In this document: one piece after another, positions 39,475 through 52,234 of the stretch | Position numbering within the stretch: position 1 is the first letter of the stretch | How the letters are laid out: every line of letters starts with the position of its first letter | NCBI GenBank assembly: GCA_050998805.1 | Contig: JBPCPV010000029.1 | Location: forward strand, 15,768-79,767 | Length of the DNA stretch: 64,000 bases | Origin: Chloroflexia bacterium | GTDB lineage: Bacteria > Chloroflexota > Chloroflexia > QHBQ01 > JAICKM01 | Direction of reading: 5' to 3' | Position numbers and translations under genes: made by a program | Notes under the pieces: generated by a model | Database searches by the model: none | The model's input: only the letters and a program-made list of their open reading frames with translations | What the model was told of the DNA's origin: nothing

Positions 39475-42400
39475 TGGCTTTCGACCCGAACGACAGGGAG
39501 CAACTCCTGGCGGCGTTCCGTGCGCGCTATCCCTTCGCGCTCGACGACTTCCAGGAGGAGGCGATAGGTCGCCTCGCAGACGGCGAGTCTGTGATGGTCG
39601 CCGCGCCGACCGGCACCGGCAAGACTGTGGTGGCCGAGTTCGGCGTCTTCCGCGCCCATGCTCGCGGCTGGCGTGTCATCTACACCACGCCGATCAAGGC
39701 GTTGAGCAACCAGAAGTTCCGCGACCTGCGGGTGCAGTACGGCGACGCCGTCGGCCTGCTCACCGGCGACATCGTGGAGAACCGCACCGGCTCGATCCTG
39801 ATTATGACCACCGAGGTGCTGCGGAACATGCTCCTCCAGACCCCCTCCGAACTCTGGGGCGTCGGCTGCATCGTCTTCGACGAGATCCACTACCTCGCCG
39901 ACAAAGAGCGCGGCACCACCTGGGAAGAGTCGATCATCATGTGCCCGCCCGACATCCAGCTTGCCTGTCTCTCCGCCACCGTCAGCAACGCCGGTGAGGT
40001 CGCCGGCTGGATCAGCCGCACCCACAGCCTCATTCACCTCGTGACCCACTTCGAGCGGTCGGTGCCCTTGAACTATTACTACTACCTCGACGGCGAGCCG
40101 AACCTGGTGATCAACGCGGCCGGAGTGCAGGTGGCGAACTTTAAGGGCGTCGGCGGCGAGGTGCGGCTGAAGATGCGCGGCCCCGGAAGCTGGACCGCCG
40201 ACGACGACGAGGACAACCGCCGCGCCCGCGAGCGCCCCGAGCCGACCCCGCGCGAGATCGTCGAGTCGCTCGAACGCCGCGACATGCTGCCGGCGATCTT
40301 CTTCCTGTTCAGCCGCCGCGACTGCGAGGCAGCCGCCGAGGTCTGCGCGATGATGCGCTTCCAGGCGTCCCACGAGCCTGCCGCCCGCAAGCGGATCGAG
40401 GCGGTGCTCACAAGCTACCTCAACAGGCTCGACCCCGAAGATCGCAGCCTCGAACAGGTCAAGACGGTGTTATATTTAGCCCGGCGCGGCCTCGGCTTCC
40501 ACCATGCCGGTCTGCTGCCGATACTCAAGCAGCTGGTCGAGGAGCTGTTCAGCGCGGGGCTAATGCGGGTCGTCTTCGCCACAGACACGCTCGCGCTCGG
40601 CATCAACATGCCGGCCCGCAGCGTCGTGATCGGGCGGATGTCGAAGTGGGACGGTGTGTCCCGCCGCCCGCTGATCCCGAACGAGTTCCAGCAGATGGCT
40701 GGCCGCGCGGGGCGCAGGGGGATCGACAAGCAGGGCCATGTGATAATCCCGTACAGCCCCTGGGTCTCGTTCACCGACGCCCTCGCGATCGCAACGGGGC
40801 CGTTGCTGCCGGTCGAGAGCGCGTTCACGGTTCGCTACAACACCATCCTCAACCTCTGGGACGCCCCGCGCGGCGACCGCGTGCTCGCCGTGATGCGCCA
40901 TAGCCTCTTGCAGTTCCAGCAATCGCGCCGCCTCTTCGACGTGGAGGCGTCCGTCGCCGAGTGGGACGCGGCACTCGAAGCCAACCCGACCGGCTGCCTG
41001 ATCGGGCTACCCGCCGGAGAGGATCTGCTCGACGAGTACGAGGCTCTGGGCCGAGCGGTACAGACCGGGCGCGACAGGTCGCGCAAACTCAGTGCCGCCC
41101 GTGAGCGGCTCGAAGCCAAGCGCACCTCGCTCCCCTGGCCCCGCCCCGACCGGGAGACGCTGCGCCGCCTATTTCGCGTCTTCCCGAAGGGCGGGCTTGT
41201 CCACATCGAAAACCGGGGCTGGGCCGTCTACCTGGCCTCGCGCCTCGGAGTTGCCGGCCTCTTTTGGTTGGGAGACAGGGTGATCGCCGTCCCGAACTAC
41301 AGCAGCATTGACTACATCCCGCCCGCCCGCCCCCAGATTGCCCTACCGACCGAGTTGAGCGACCTGGCTGAAGCCGGCACCGCCATGCCGGTCGGCGAGG
41401 GCATCCCAGTCAGCCACGAGGCGCGGGAGTGGATGGCCGAGCAGTTGGCCGGTATAGATCTGCCGGACCTCGAGCAGTGGATCGCCGACCACCAGCAGCA
41501 GCAGAGCGTCGAACTTGACGCGCAGCTCGCGCAGTTCGACACCCAGGTGGCCGGGGCCGGAGAGTACCTGCGCCGGGTTGTCGCGGAGGAGCGGGTGCAT
41601 CCCTGCCATACCTGCCCTGTTCGGAAGCAGCACCGAAGCCGCAGACGGGAGCGAGCGCGCATCGAGGCGGGGCGGCAGCAGGCGGTGGACTTCCTCGACG
41701 CCAGGCGGAACTATGAGGACACACGCCTCCAAACTCTGCTCGACGGGCTGATCGGCGTGCTTCAACGCTTCTACTACCTCGACGCCGAGGGCCGCACCAC
41801 CGACAAAGCGCCCCGCCTGATGGACCTCTTCGACACCAACTCGCTGATGATCTGCGAACTGCTCGAAGCAAGCTACCTCGACGGCCTGCACCCCGCCGAT
41901 CTGGCAGAGGTTTTCTCCTGGTTCGCCTACGACCGCGATGTGGACTTCCGCAACCGCAATTTGCTGCCCGGCCAGCTTGTCAACCTGCGGCGGAGGCTCG
42001 ACGAATTGCAGCGGGAGATCTTCTTCATCGAGCGCCGCCACGGGCTGATGATCACCACCGGCTACAACTCGTATTTCTTCGGCACGGTGCGCGCCTGGTG
42101 CCGGGGGGCCGACATGGCAAGCCTGCTTGCGAAGGTCGAGTTGAGCGAGGGCGACATCGTGATGACGATGACCAAGACGCTCGACCTGATGCGCCAGGTG
42201 CGCGAGATGCTGGTGCGCCACGAGCCTGACGCGCCCCTCGTCGTCGCCCTCCGCGAGGCCGACCACCTGTTGCGCCGGGGCGTTGTCCAGCTCGTGAACA
42301 GCCTCGGCTTCGTCGAGAGCACGCCCGCCTCAGAGACCGCCGCCTCCACAGCGCCCGCAAGCCCGGACACTCCGCCGACAGCCCTTGCCGCCCGCGCCGA

Positions 42401-42533
42401 CACCGGCTTCGCCGACATAGACCGTATGCTCAACCGCCTCGCAGACCCGAAGTTGGCCCCACCCCTTATCCCGCCCCGCGACGCCGACCTACAGCACCCA
42501 GCGCGCCGCCCGCCTAAGCGCGGCAAGAGGTAG
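39474..42533 (+). CDS. Ski2-like DEAD/DEAH-box helicase (HelY/Mtr4-like)
   Basis: Walker A AAPTGTGKT, DEIH box, SAT, helicase C motifs (QMAGRAGRRG), long C-terminal arch/DSHCT-like region; GTG start overlapping the upstream stop. Confidence 0.8.
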   Translation: MAFDPNDREQLLAAFRARYPFALDDFQEEAIGRLADGESVMVAAPTGTGKTVVAEFGVFRAHARGWRVIYTTPIKALSNQKFRDLRVQYGDAVGLLTGDIVENRTGSILIMTTEVLRNMLLQTPSELWGVGCIVFDEIHYLADKERGTTWEESIIMCPPDIQLACLSATVSNAGEVAGWISRTHSLIHLVTHFERSVPLNYYYYLDGEPNLVINAAGVQVANFKGVGGEVRLKMRGPGSWTADDDEDNRRARERPEPTPREIVESLERRDMLPAIFFLFSRRDCEAAAEVCAMMRFQASHEPAARKRIEAVLTSYLNRLDPEDRSLEQVKTVLYLARRGLGFHHAGLLPILKQLVEELFSAGLMRVVFATDTLALGINMPARSVVIGRMSKWDGVSRRPLIPNEFQQMAGRAGRRGIDKQGHVIIPYSPWVSFTDALAIATGPLLPVESAFTVRYNTILNLWDAPRGDRVLAVMRHSLLQFQQSRRLFDVEASVAEWDAALEANPTGCLIGLPAGEDLLDEYEALGRAVQTGRDRSRKLSAARERLEAKRTSLPWPRPDRETLRRLFRVFPKGGLVHIENRGWAVYLASRLGVAGLFWLGDRVIAVPNYSSIDYIPPARPQIALPTELSDLAEAGTAMPVGEGIPVSHEAREWMAEQLAGIDLPDLEQWIADHQQQQSVELDAQLAQFDTQVAGAGEYLRRVVAEERVHPCHTCPVRKQHRSRRRERARIEAGRQQAVDFLDARRNYEDTRLQTLLDGLIGVLQRFYYLDAEGRTTDKAPRLMDLFDTNSLMICELLEASYLDGLHPADLAEVFSWFAYDRDVDFRNRNLLPGQLVNLRRRLDELQREIFFIERRHGLMITTGYNSYFFGTVRAWCRGADMASLLAKVELSEGDIVMTMTKTLDLMRQVREMLVRHEPDAPLVVALREADHLLRRGVVQLVNSLGFVESTPASETAASTAPASPDTPPTALAARADTGFADIDRMLNRLADPKLAPPLIPPRDADLQHPARRPPKRGKR

Positions 42534-42548
42534 AAGGCGGACGAGTTG

Positions 42549-42590
42549 TCAGCCGTCAGCGTTCAGCCGTCAGCTTATCAGTGATCTATC
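42549..42590. repeat. heptanucleotide tandem repeats (TCAGCCG/TCAGCGT units) at the start of a structured low-GC intergenic region
   Basis: cagccgtcagcgttcagccgtcagcttatcag... Confidence 0.6.
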
Positions 42591-43015
42591 AGCTTTCGAG
42601 GGCTGCGCCAGGCACGTCGGGCGACCTCCAGCTTGTAGTTCGTGCCTGGGGGCTTATTATAGATAGCATTTCGCGCAATCATCTTCTCAGGCACACAATG
42701 GCCCACTATTTTTCCTCTTCATGCCGAAATATACTCCGATCGGAGTATTTTTGGAAAACCGGGCAAAACCCGCGGGCAAGTCTTCCGGCGCGGCCCCGCG
42801 CCATTCTGTTTTCAGGCACGGATTAGGGCGTTTTCGCCCCGCTATTTTTACCCTCTCACTTTATATATCCATTTCGGGGGCCATTTACTGCAAGATTTTG
42901 CCCCTAAAACGGGAGGCGGGGCGAAAGATACTCCAAATGGAGTAGGCCGATGGCGGAAGCAGGGCGGGGACGAGGAGGTGTGCAATGTGGACTATTGACG
43001 GCACCTACTGTCTAT

Positions 43016-44194
43016 CTATGGGACTACAGGCGCAGGAGTCGGCGAAGGAGGGCGGGGCGTCGAGGTAGAATGAGCGGCGGTTGCCGTGGGGTCCGCCGCC
43101 GTTGGGGTTGCGGCGTGTGGTGTCGCTGTTGAGGCGGGCTGGGTTGGCGTGGACGGTAGCTGGGTTGCGGTCGGCTGCGCCAGGGTCGGGGTTGGAGGCA
43201 GCGGTGTTGCCGTCGAGGGTTGCTGGGTCGGGGTTGGAGGCAGCGGTGTTGCCGTCGGGGGTTGCTGGGTCGGGGTGGACGGCAACGCAGTCGCAGTTGG
43301 GGCCAGCTGGGTTGGCGGGACCGGCAACTGAGTTGCGGTCGCGGGCGGCTGGGTTAATGTCGGTGGTGCCTGCGTTGCTGTCGGCTGCGCGGCGGTCGGG
43401 GTTGCGGTTGGTGTGAACGGAGCCGCGGTGTTTGTCGGCCCCGGCGTGGGCGTGCTCGTCGCCTGCGGCCCCTGAGTTCGCGTCGGCTCCGCTGCCGGCG
43501 TAGGTGTGGCAAGCTGGGGAGGGACGGGTGTGGCAGTGGCCTCTGGGGTCGGCACCTCGGTGGGCTGCGGCGGCTCAGTCGGCAGGGGCGGCTCCGTCGG
43601 CGACGGCTCCGGTGGAGCTGCTGTGGCACTCGGCTCGGCAGCCGGCAGCGAAGTCTGCGTCGAGCGAGAGGGCGGTGCCGGGGCTGTCGGCAGTTCAGAC
43701 GGCGCGACCGGCGGGCTGGTCACCGTCGGGGGCGGCGGACCGATGGGCGCACCCGGCAGCGGCGTCACTGTAGCGAGCGGCGGCAGCGTCGGATAGCCCG
43801 ACGGAAGCCCGGTCGGCGTGTCGTCGGTGGCGCTGGGAGCGGGGCGGTGGGTTGGCGTGACTACGCTCGTCAGAGAAACAGGAGCGGTCGCAAAAGACAG
43901 GACGGGAGTCGGGGAGGCAGGCGTTATGGCCGGCAGGCCGGACCGCGCTTTCCAGGGCTGCCAGACGGCGAGCAGTGCGCCCGCCGCGACCAGCAGAACC
44001 GCCGCCGCAAAGTACGCGCCTCCGGCAGGCGTGAGGCCAAACCGGCGGGGTCGCGGCTCCGAGGACGGCCAGCCGCCCCGGGCGTCGTCTGTGAACTCGG
44101 GGTAGGTGCCTGCCACTCGCGCGCGCTGGTCGGTAGCCTCCGGCTCCGAGCCTGTCTCGAATCCCCCCTCGTTACCGTGATACGGCTCAGACAT
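43016..44194 (-). CDS. single-pass membrane protein with long Pro/Thr-rich repetitive extracellular region
   Basis: cytoplasmic N-term, TM helix AYFAAAVLLVAAGALLAVW, then ~300 aa of PT-rich repeats. Confidence 0.5.
   Translation of the reverse strand: MSEPYHGNEGGFETGSEPEATDQRARVAGTYPEFTDDARGGWPSSEPRPRRFGLTPAGGAYFAAAVLLVAAGALLAVWQPWKARSGLPAITPASPTPVLSFATAPVSLTSVVTPTHRPAPSATDDTPTGLPSGYPTLPPLATVTPLPGAPIGPPPPTVTSPPVAPSELPTAPAPPSRSTQTSLPAAEPSATAAPPEPSPTEPPLPTEPPQPTEVPTPEATATPVPPQLATPTPAAEPTRTQGPQATSTPTPGPTNTAAPFTPTATPTAAQPTATQAPPTLTQPPATATQLPVPPTQLAPTATALPSTPTQQPPTATPLPPTPTQQPSTATPLPPTPTLAQPTATQLPSTPTQPASTATPHAATPTAADPTATAAHSTSTPRPPSPTPAPVVP
43183..43275. repeat. ~45-bp coding tandem repeat (2 near-identical units) inside the PT-rich protein gene
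   Basis: ttggaggcagcggtgttgccgtcg(a/g)gggttgctgggtcgggg repeated. Confidence 0.6.
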
Positions 44195-44222
44195 CCCTGC
44201 TCCCTCGGCGCCCCGCTTGCCT

Positions 44223-46559
<2,337 letters not shown>

Positions 46560-46560
46560 C

Positions 46561-47355
46561 ATGGCCGATGCCGATGCCGACCCCGCAAGCCGGGTGACCC
46601 GCCCCCTCACCATGGAAGGCGTAGAGCCGTTCTTCTACCCTCGCGGGGAGACCGGCTGCCTATTGGTCCACGGCTTATCGTCCTCGCCGTTCACAATGCG
46701 GGAGATGGGGGCACGGCTGGCGGCCTCCGGCGTCAGCGTGGCCGCGCCGCTCCTCGCCGGGCATGGCACCTCGCCCGAAGACCTCCGCAACAAGACCTGG
46801 GGCGACTGGGTCACTTCCGCCGAGGTCGGGCTGGAGCAGTTGCGCGCACACGGCTGCCGGCGGATCTACCTGACGGGGCTGTCGCTCGGCGGGGCGATCT
46901 GCCTCTACCTGGCAGCACGCGACCCGCAGGCATACGCGGGCATGATCACCATGAGCGCACCGGTTTGGATACCGACCGTGCTGCGTGTTCCGCTGAACGC
47001 CGCCGGCCGCCGGCTGCCCTACCTCGCCACGTTCACCAGCGACATCGCCGACCCGGCTGCCCACCGGCTCTGGCTGACATATGACCGTCTGCCGTTAGCG
47101 ACCTGCGTGACCCTGATCGATCTGCTGGCGCAGGTTCGTGAGGGGCTGGACCGCATCACGCTGCCGAGCCTGATCATATATGCCCGCCACGACCATCTGG
47201 TTCACCCGATGAACTCGATGCACATCTACAGCCGGATCTCCTCGTCCGACAAGCGTCTGGCGGTGCTGCATCACGGCTACCATATCGTGACGGTGGATCG
47301 CGACAAGGAGCGTGTGTTCGCGCTCGCTGACGAGTTTATAGGCAGAACCCGTTAG
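46561..47355 (+). CDS. alpha/beta hydrolase (esterase/lysophospholipase-like)
   Basis: HGLSSSP..., GLSLGGAI nucleophile elbow, C-terminal His. Confidence 0.65.
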   Translation: MADADADPASRVTRPLTMEGVEPFFYPRGETGCLLVHGLSSSPFTMREMGARLAASGVSVAAPLLAGHGTSPEDLRNKTWGDWVTSAEVGLEQLRAHGCRRIYLTGLSLGGAICLYLAARDPQAYAGMITMSAPVWIPTVLRVPLNAAGRRLPYLATFTSDIADPAAHRLWLTYDRLPLATCVTLIDLLAQVREGLDRITLPSLIIYARHDHLVHPMNSMHIYSRISSSDKRLAVLHHGYHIVTVDRDKERVFALADEFIGRTR

Positions 47356-48782
47356 CGCCGGTAGACCAGCCCTCTGACCGCCGCGCCCGGTTCAAGGTCG
47401 GATGCGTAGAGCGTGCGGATCTTGCGGTTGAACACCAAGTTGCCGAGCGCGATTAGCGTGATCGCCGCGCCCGAGGTCACGAACAAGATGCCCGGTCCTA
47501 GCTGCTGGGCAACGAGGCCGCCGATCGCGATTGAGATCGGCTGTATGCCCCAGGCGATGGTCCGCCGGGCCGCGAAGATCCGGCCTCGCTCGGAGTCCGG
47601 AGTGTAGGACATCCAGATTGTCTGGCTCGGTATGTTGCAGAGCGGAACATCTATGCCCAAGAAAAACGCTGCAACCAACGTCAGCACCACAGAAGTCGAG
47701 AGGCCGAAACTGAGCAGCGCAATCCCGCCGACCGCCCAACCGATGCAGACGCCCCAGGCCATTGGCTTGATAGCGTAGCCGCGGGTGAAGAAGAGCGCGC
47801 CGATCAGCGCGCCGATAGCCATCGCGGCGCTCACCAGGCCGAAGATGAACGCTCCATCCATGCCGAGCGATGCGCCATTCGCCGCGAGCTGGTTCTTGAT
47901 GACCAGCGCCTCGAGCGGGTAGGTCGGGGCGATCAGGAAGTTGCAGACCGTGAAGATCAGCAGCAAGTAGAGGATCGCCCTCCGCTTCCAGATCCAGCGG
48001 TAGCCGTAGGTCGCATCGTCTACCAGGCGGGCGAACGCGCTTTTGCCGGCCTCTGCCTGCACCCGCGGCGACGGTATGCGCGCCAGCAGCGTCGCCACGG
48101 TCGCCACCCAAAAGCTGGTCGCGTTGATGAACATCGTCAGGGGCAGGCCGATCAGACCCACCAGGGTGCCTCCGAGCAACGGGCCTGCGATGTTGCTCAC
48201 GCTCTGCGAAGTTGCGTACAGGCCATTCGCCCGCGAGAGCGCGGCTGCCGGCACCAGGTTCGGGATCGAGGAGTCGAGAGCGGGGTTCTGGAGCGCAGAG
48301 CAGGCGGCCAGGACGACCGCCCCGGCATACACATGCCAGAGCTGCATGTTGCCTGTGCCCAACAGCACGGCGAGCGCGGTGACTGCGAGGCCCTGCAAGC
48401 CGTCCATCGCGCTTATCACGATCTTGCGGTTGGAACGGTCGATCAGGGAGCCGGCGAGGAACGGCAGCGTCACACTCGGTATGAACCAGCAGAGCGCGTA
48501 ACCGGCGAGCGCCGTCGCCGAACCCAGCGTCTGCGTGATCCACCATGCGAGGGCGATGCCGTACAGCCCGTCGCCGATCATCGAGACGCTCTGCCCTGTC
48601 CAGACGAGCCAGAAGTCGCGCGCCCCACGCAGCGATGCGCCGCCCGCGTCCTCGCCTCCAGCCGGGGCTGTGGTTTCGGTCGCCGTCGCCTCAGCTATTT
48701 CGGTCCCCCCAAGCATCGGGATCGCGGCGTTGGCATCGCTATGTTCTGCCTTTTCAACTTCCTCGACGGTCGTTCTGCTCAT
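47352..48782 (-). CDS. MFS transporter
   Basis: 12 TM organisation, MFS loop motifs. Confidence 0.8.
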   Translation of the reverse strand: MSRTTVEEVEKAEHSDANAAIPMLGGTEIAEATATETTAPAGGEDAGGASLRGARDFWLVWTGQSVSMIGDGLYGIALAWWITQTLGSATALAGYALCWFIPSVTLPFLAGSLIDRSNRKIVISAMDGLQGLAVTALAVLLGTGNMQLWHVYAGAVVLAACSALQNPALDSSIPNLVPAAALSRANGLYATSQSVSNIAGPLLGGTLVGLIGLPLTMFINATSFWVATVATLLARIPSPRVQAEAGKSAFARLVDDATYGYRWIWKRRAILYLLLIFTVCNFLIAPTYPLEALVIKNQLAANGASLGMDGAFIFGLVSAAMAIGALIGALFFTRGYAIKPMAWGVCIGWAVGGIALLSFGLSTSVVLTLVAAFFLGIDVPLCNIPSQTIWMSYTPDSERGRIFAARRTIAWGIQPISIAIGGLVAQQLGPGILFVTSGAAITLIALGNLVFNRKIRTLYASDLEPGAAVRGLVYRR

Positions 48783-48793
48783 ATGGCGTCTCC

Positions 48794-49783
48794 CTACAAG
48801 TCCTTGTGGTATGTGGCCGTCCTGTCCGTGACCTCGAAGCCGACCGACTCGTAGAGCCGTAGCGCGCCCGTAGGGTTCTCAGCGTCTACGTTCAGCACCG
48901 CCGTCTCGATGGCCTGTGACTTGAGCCAGAGCATCCCGGCGAGCAGCATAGCTCGGCCCAGGCCGATCTTGCGGTGCCCACGCCGCGTACCAAGCGCGTC
49001 GATCCAGCCCTCGTTGCGGCCCATCTTCGCGTTGTCCTCGCCAATGATCTCGCACCGGCAGAAGGCGGCTATTGTACCGTCCTCGGCCACCGCGATCAGG
49101 TCGCCATCGTCTTGGTGGTTGGGGTTGTTCACCCAATGTTCGTGCTGCTCCGGCGTCAGTGGGTGGTGGTTCCAGTGGTCAATGAACGACCAGTTGAATG
49201 TATCCACCCATTTGTCGTGTTCGTGCTTCTCCAGGCGGCGGAGCGTGTAACCGGGCGCGAATTGAGGCTCCGGCATCGGCTCGTTGAGCGGGCGGGCCAT
49301 TTTATAGCCATAGCGCACAGGGCGAAAGCCGAGCGCCTCGAGCGCACCTTGCCTGTAGGCGATATACTCAGGCGTCGTCAGGTGCAACCCAGCCCGCAGG
49401 TGGGCCTTCTGCCCGCGCTCCCGCGCCACAGCCCGCACCCTCTCTTCGGCCCAGCCCACGATCTCGCGCTCCAGTCCCACGTCCCGCGTGGCGGGGTGGA
49501 CACGGAAGAACAAGTGAGCATCAACTACCTGCTCTTCGTCGGACGGCTCGATGTGGGTTTCTCCGTAGCCGATCACACGCCCGGCCCGGTCCATCCAGAG
49601 CCGCACATCTAGGGCGTTATCCAGGCCCGGCTCGTCCAGCATCTGCCCCATGCTCTCGACCGTCACATAAGGTTCACCGAGCAGTTTGTCGGTCGTGAGG
49701 CAGGTGTTGAGTAGATCGCAGATCGCCGGCAAATCCTCTTCGCCCCCGTAGGGACGAGCCTCGAACGTTGTCTCAGTGGTCAT
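48794..49783 (-). CDS. tandem-GNAT N-acetyltransferase (MshD-like architecture)
   Basis: two acetyltransferase halves, second with (R/Q)xxGxG/A-like motif RRGHRKIGLGRAML. Confidence 0.65.
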   Translation of the reverse strand: MTTETTFEARPYGGEEDLPAICDLLNTCLTTDKLLGEPYVTVESMGQMLDEPGLDNALDVRLWMDRAGRVIGYGETHIEPSDEEQVVDAHLFFRVHPATRDVGLEREIVGWAEERVRAVARERGQKAHLRAGLHLTTPEYIAYRQGALEALGFRPVRYGYKMARPLNEPMPEPQFAPGYTLRRLEKHEHDKWVDTFNWSFIDHWNHHPLTPEQHEHWVNNPNHQDDGDLIAVAEDGTIAAFCRCEIIGEDNAKMGRNEGWIDALGTRRGHRKIGLGRAMLLAGMLWLKSQAIETAVLNVDAENPTGALRLYESVGFEVTDRTATYHKDL

Positions 49784-49792
49784 ACTATCCTC

Positions 49793-50995
49793 TCAGTCCA
49801 CTTGGACTATGATCGCGTCTCCCTGCGCCGTGCCGGAGCAGATCGCCGCGAGGCCGATGCCGCCTCCCCGCCGCCGGAGTTCGTAGATCAGCGTCATCAG
49901 GATGCGTGCGCCGCTCGCACCGATCGGATGGCCGAGCGCGACCGCGCCGCCGTTCACGTTGACTATCTCGGTGTCGAGGTGGAGGCGGCGGCTGCTGATG
50001 ATTGTGACGCTCGTGAAGGCCTCGTTGATCTCCACGAGGTCAATATCGTTCGTCGTCAGCCCGAGGTGTTTGAGGGCGTTGTGCGCGGCCATCGCCGGAG
50101 TGTAGGCCAGGTAGGGGGTGTCCCATGCGGCCTCGCCGTAGCCGAGGATGCGGGCCAGCGGCTTGAGTCCGTGTGCTTTTGCGTATACTGCCGAGGCGAC
50201 GACCAGTGCGCCCGCGCCATCGCTGAGGCCGGGCGCATTACCGGCAGTGATCGTGCCGTCGGCTCCGAAGACCGGCTTGAGCTTCGCCAGACCCTCCGGC
50301 GTCGTGTCGCGGCGTATAGCCTCGTCTTTGTCCACGATGATCGGCTCGCCCTTCTTCTGCGGTATCCGCACCCCTACGATCTCGTCGGCGAAGCGGCCCT
50401 CGTCCTGGGCGGCAGCCGCGCGCTGGTGGCTCCTGTAGGCCCATGCGTCCTGCTCCTCGCGGCTCACGTGCTCTTCCGCCGCGACCGTCGAGCCGTGCTC
50501 GCCCATGTGGACCTTGAGCATCGGGTCGGTCAGGCCGTCATACACAACGCCGTCTATCATCTCGCCGTTGCCCATCCGCTGCCCCCAGCGCGCCCCCATG
50601 AGGTAGTAGGGGGCGTTGCTCATGCTCTCCATGCCGCCGGCCACGATCAGGTCGTGCCTGCCGAGCCGGATCAGGTCTCCGGCCAGAGTGACGGCACGCA
50701 TACCACTCGCACATACCCGGTTGATCGTGTCCGAGGTGACTTCGCGCCCCAGCCCCGCCTTGAACGCCGCCTGGCGCGACGGCACCTGGCCGAGGCCGGC
50801 CTGCACCACGCAGCCCATGATGTTGTGCGTAATGTCTTCCTTCGGCACATCCGCCCGCCGGACCGCCTCGCCCATCACGCAGGCCCCCAACTCCACCGCA
50901 GACAACGGCAGTAAGCTGCCGCCGAACTTGCCGAACGGAGTGCGGACTGCGCTCAGAATTACCGGGTCTTGATCGTTCGCCATTTTGTTGCTCAC
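49793..50995 (-). CDS. acetyl-CoA C-acetyltransferase (thiolase II)
   Basis: catalytic Cys ([10 protein letters not shown]), C-terminal [14 protein letters not shown] thiolase signatures. Confidence 0.9.
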   Translation of the reverse strand: MSNKMANDQDPVILSAVRTPFGKFGGSLLPLSAVELGACVMGEAVRRADVPKEDITHNIMGCVVQAGLGQVPSRQAAFKAGLGREVTSDTINRVCASGMRAVTLAGDLIRLGRHDLIVAGGMESMSNAPYYLMGARWGQRMGNGEMIDGVVYDGLTDPMLKVHMGEHGSTVAAEEHVSREEQDAWAYRSHQRAAAAQDEGRFADEIVGVRIPQKKGEPIIVDKDEAIRRDTTPEGLAKLKPVFGADGTITAGNAPGLSDGAGALVVASAVYAKAHGLKPLARILGYGEAAWDTPYLAYTPAMAAHNALKHLGLTTNDIDLVEINEAFTSVTIISSRRLHLDTEIVNVNGGAVALGHPIGASGARILMTLIYELRRRGGGIGLAAICSGTAQGDAIIVQVD

Positions 50996-51178
50996 TTTCT
51001 AAAAGCTCGTAAGCTATCAGCCGTCAGCCGTCAGGCTCCATCTGTCCACGCCGTAGTGTACCACCGGCGAAGGCGGTTGTGCAACTCAAAAGCATCGGTC
51101 TTTAGACGGATCTTTGGGGGCTTTGTATGTCGCTTGGTCTCGGCGTGTGCTATAATGGGGGCGAGGAAGGGACAGCGA

Positions 51179-52234
51179 ATGGAAATCCAGAGCATACACC
51201 ACATCACACTTGTCTGCGCGGACGCCCAGCGCACCGCCGATTTCTATGCGCGGCTGCTCGGCATCCGCATGGTCAAGAAGACCGTGAACTTCGACAGGCC
51301 GACGACATACCACCTCTACTTCGGCGACGACGCGGCGCGGCCCGGCACATTAGTCACGTTCTTCGAGTGGCCTGACGCCGCACGGGGCCGCACCGGCATC
51401 GGCGGCACCCACCACTTCGCGCTCATCGTCGAAAGCACGAACGCCCAATTCAAGTGGAAGCGCTACCTGGCGGATCGCGGCATCGCGGTGGATGGGCCGT
51501 ATGACCGGGGCTACTTCTACTCGCTCTACTTCCGCGACCCCGATGGCTGCCGCGTCGAGATCGCCACCCGCTGGCCGGGCATGGCCGCCGACGAGGACGA
51601 GGAGGACCTCGGCACCCGCATACAGCTTCCGGCCCGCGAACTGACGAAAGAGGGCCGCGACGAGGCCGCGATCCGCGCGCAGACCTGGCCGGAGCCGGTC
51701 GCCGCGGTCACCGACGACATGCGGCTCACGGGGCTGCATCACATCAGCGCGGTCAGCAGCGACATCGAGCGCACAGCCGCCTTCTACACCGGCCTCCTCG
51801 GTATGCAGATCGTCAAGAAGACCGTCAACTACGATGACCTCAGCATCCCCCACTGGTACTTCGCGCCCGAAGGCGGCGCACCTGGCGGCCTCATCACCTA
51901 CTTCGAGTATAAGCCCGGCGCAATGCGCCCCGCCCGCATCGGCCAGGGCCAGACCCACCACTTCGCGCTCTGCATCGAAGACGAGGCCGAGCAGGTGGAG
52001 TGGCGCGCCCGCCTGCTGTCCGCCGGTCTCGACGTAACCCCTATCTTGGACCGCAAGTACTTCCGCTCGATCTATTTCAACGACCCCGACGGTCACATCC
52101 TCGAACTCGCCACGCGCGGCCCCGGCTTCCTGGTGGACGAGCCTGCCGACGGCCTCGGAGAGAGCCTCTCGCTGCCGCCCTGGCTCGAAGACGAGCGCGA
52201 GGTGATCACGGCAGGGCTGAGGCCGATCAGCTGA
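51179..52234 (+). CDS. VOC-family (glyoxalase/extradiol dioxygenase-like) two-domain protein
   Basis: duplicated HH...LYF..DPDG..E modules; start MEIQSIHH after RBS gaggaaggg; TATAAT at 51151-51156 upstream. Confidence 0.7.
   Translation: MEIQSIHHITLVCADAQRTADFYARLLGIRMVKKTVNFDRPTTYHLYFGDDAARPGTLVTFFEWPDAARGRTGIGGTHHFALIVESTNAQFKWKRYLADRGIAVDGPYDRGYFYSLYFRDPDGCRVEIATRWPGMAADEDEEDLGTRIQLPARELTKEGRDEAAIRAQTWPEPVAAVTDDMRLTGLHHISAVSSDIERTAAFYTGLLGMQIVKKTVNYDDLSIPHWYFAPEGGAPGGLITYFEYKPGAMRPARIGQGQTHHFALCIEDEAEQVEWRARLLSAGLDVTPILDRKYFRSIYFNDPDGHILELATRGPGFLVDEPADGLGESLSLPPWLEDEREVITAGLRPIS

Noticed and set aside
38443-40373. 310-aa and 300-aa minus-strand ORFs
   Set aside because: Antisense to the CvpA/CAP and helicase genes; Arg/Gly-rich translation typical of GC artefacts.
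41343-42266. 307-aa minus-strand ORF
   Set aside because: Antisense to the helicase C-terminal region.
42660-42960. tmRNA or tRNA in the structured intergenic region
   Set aside because: No GGTTCGANTCC T-loop/acceptor arrangement or tag ORF found by eye; kept only as a generic structured-RNA/MITE hypothesis.
47392-48546. 384-aa alternative-frame ORF on the minus strand
   Set aside because: Out-of-frame overlap of the MFS transporter gene; Arg/Pro/Gly-rich.
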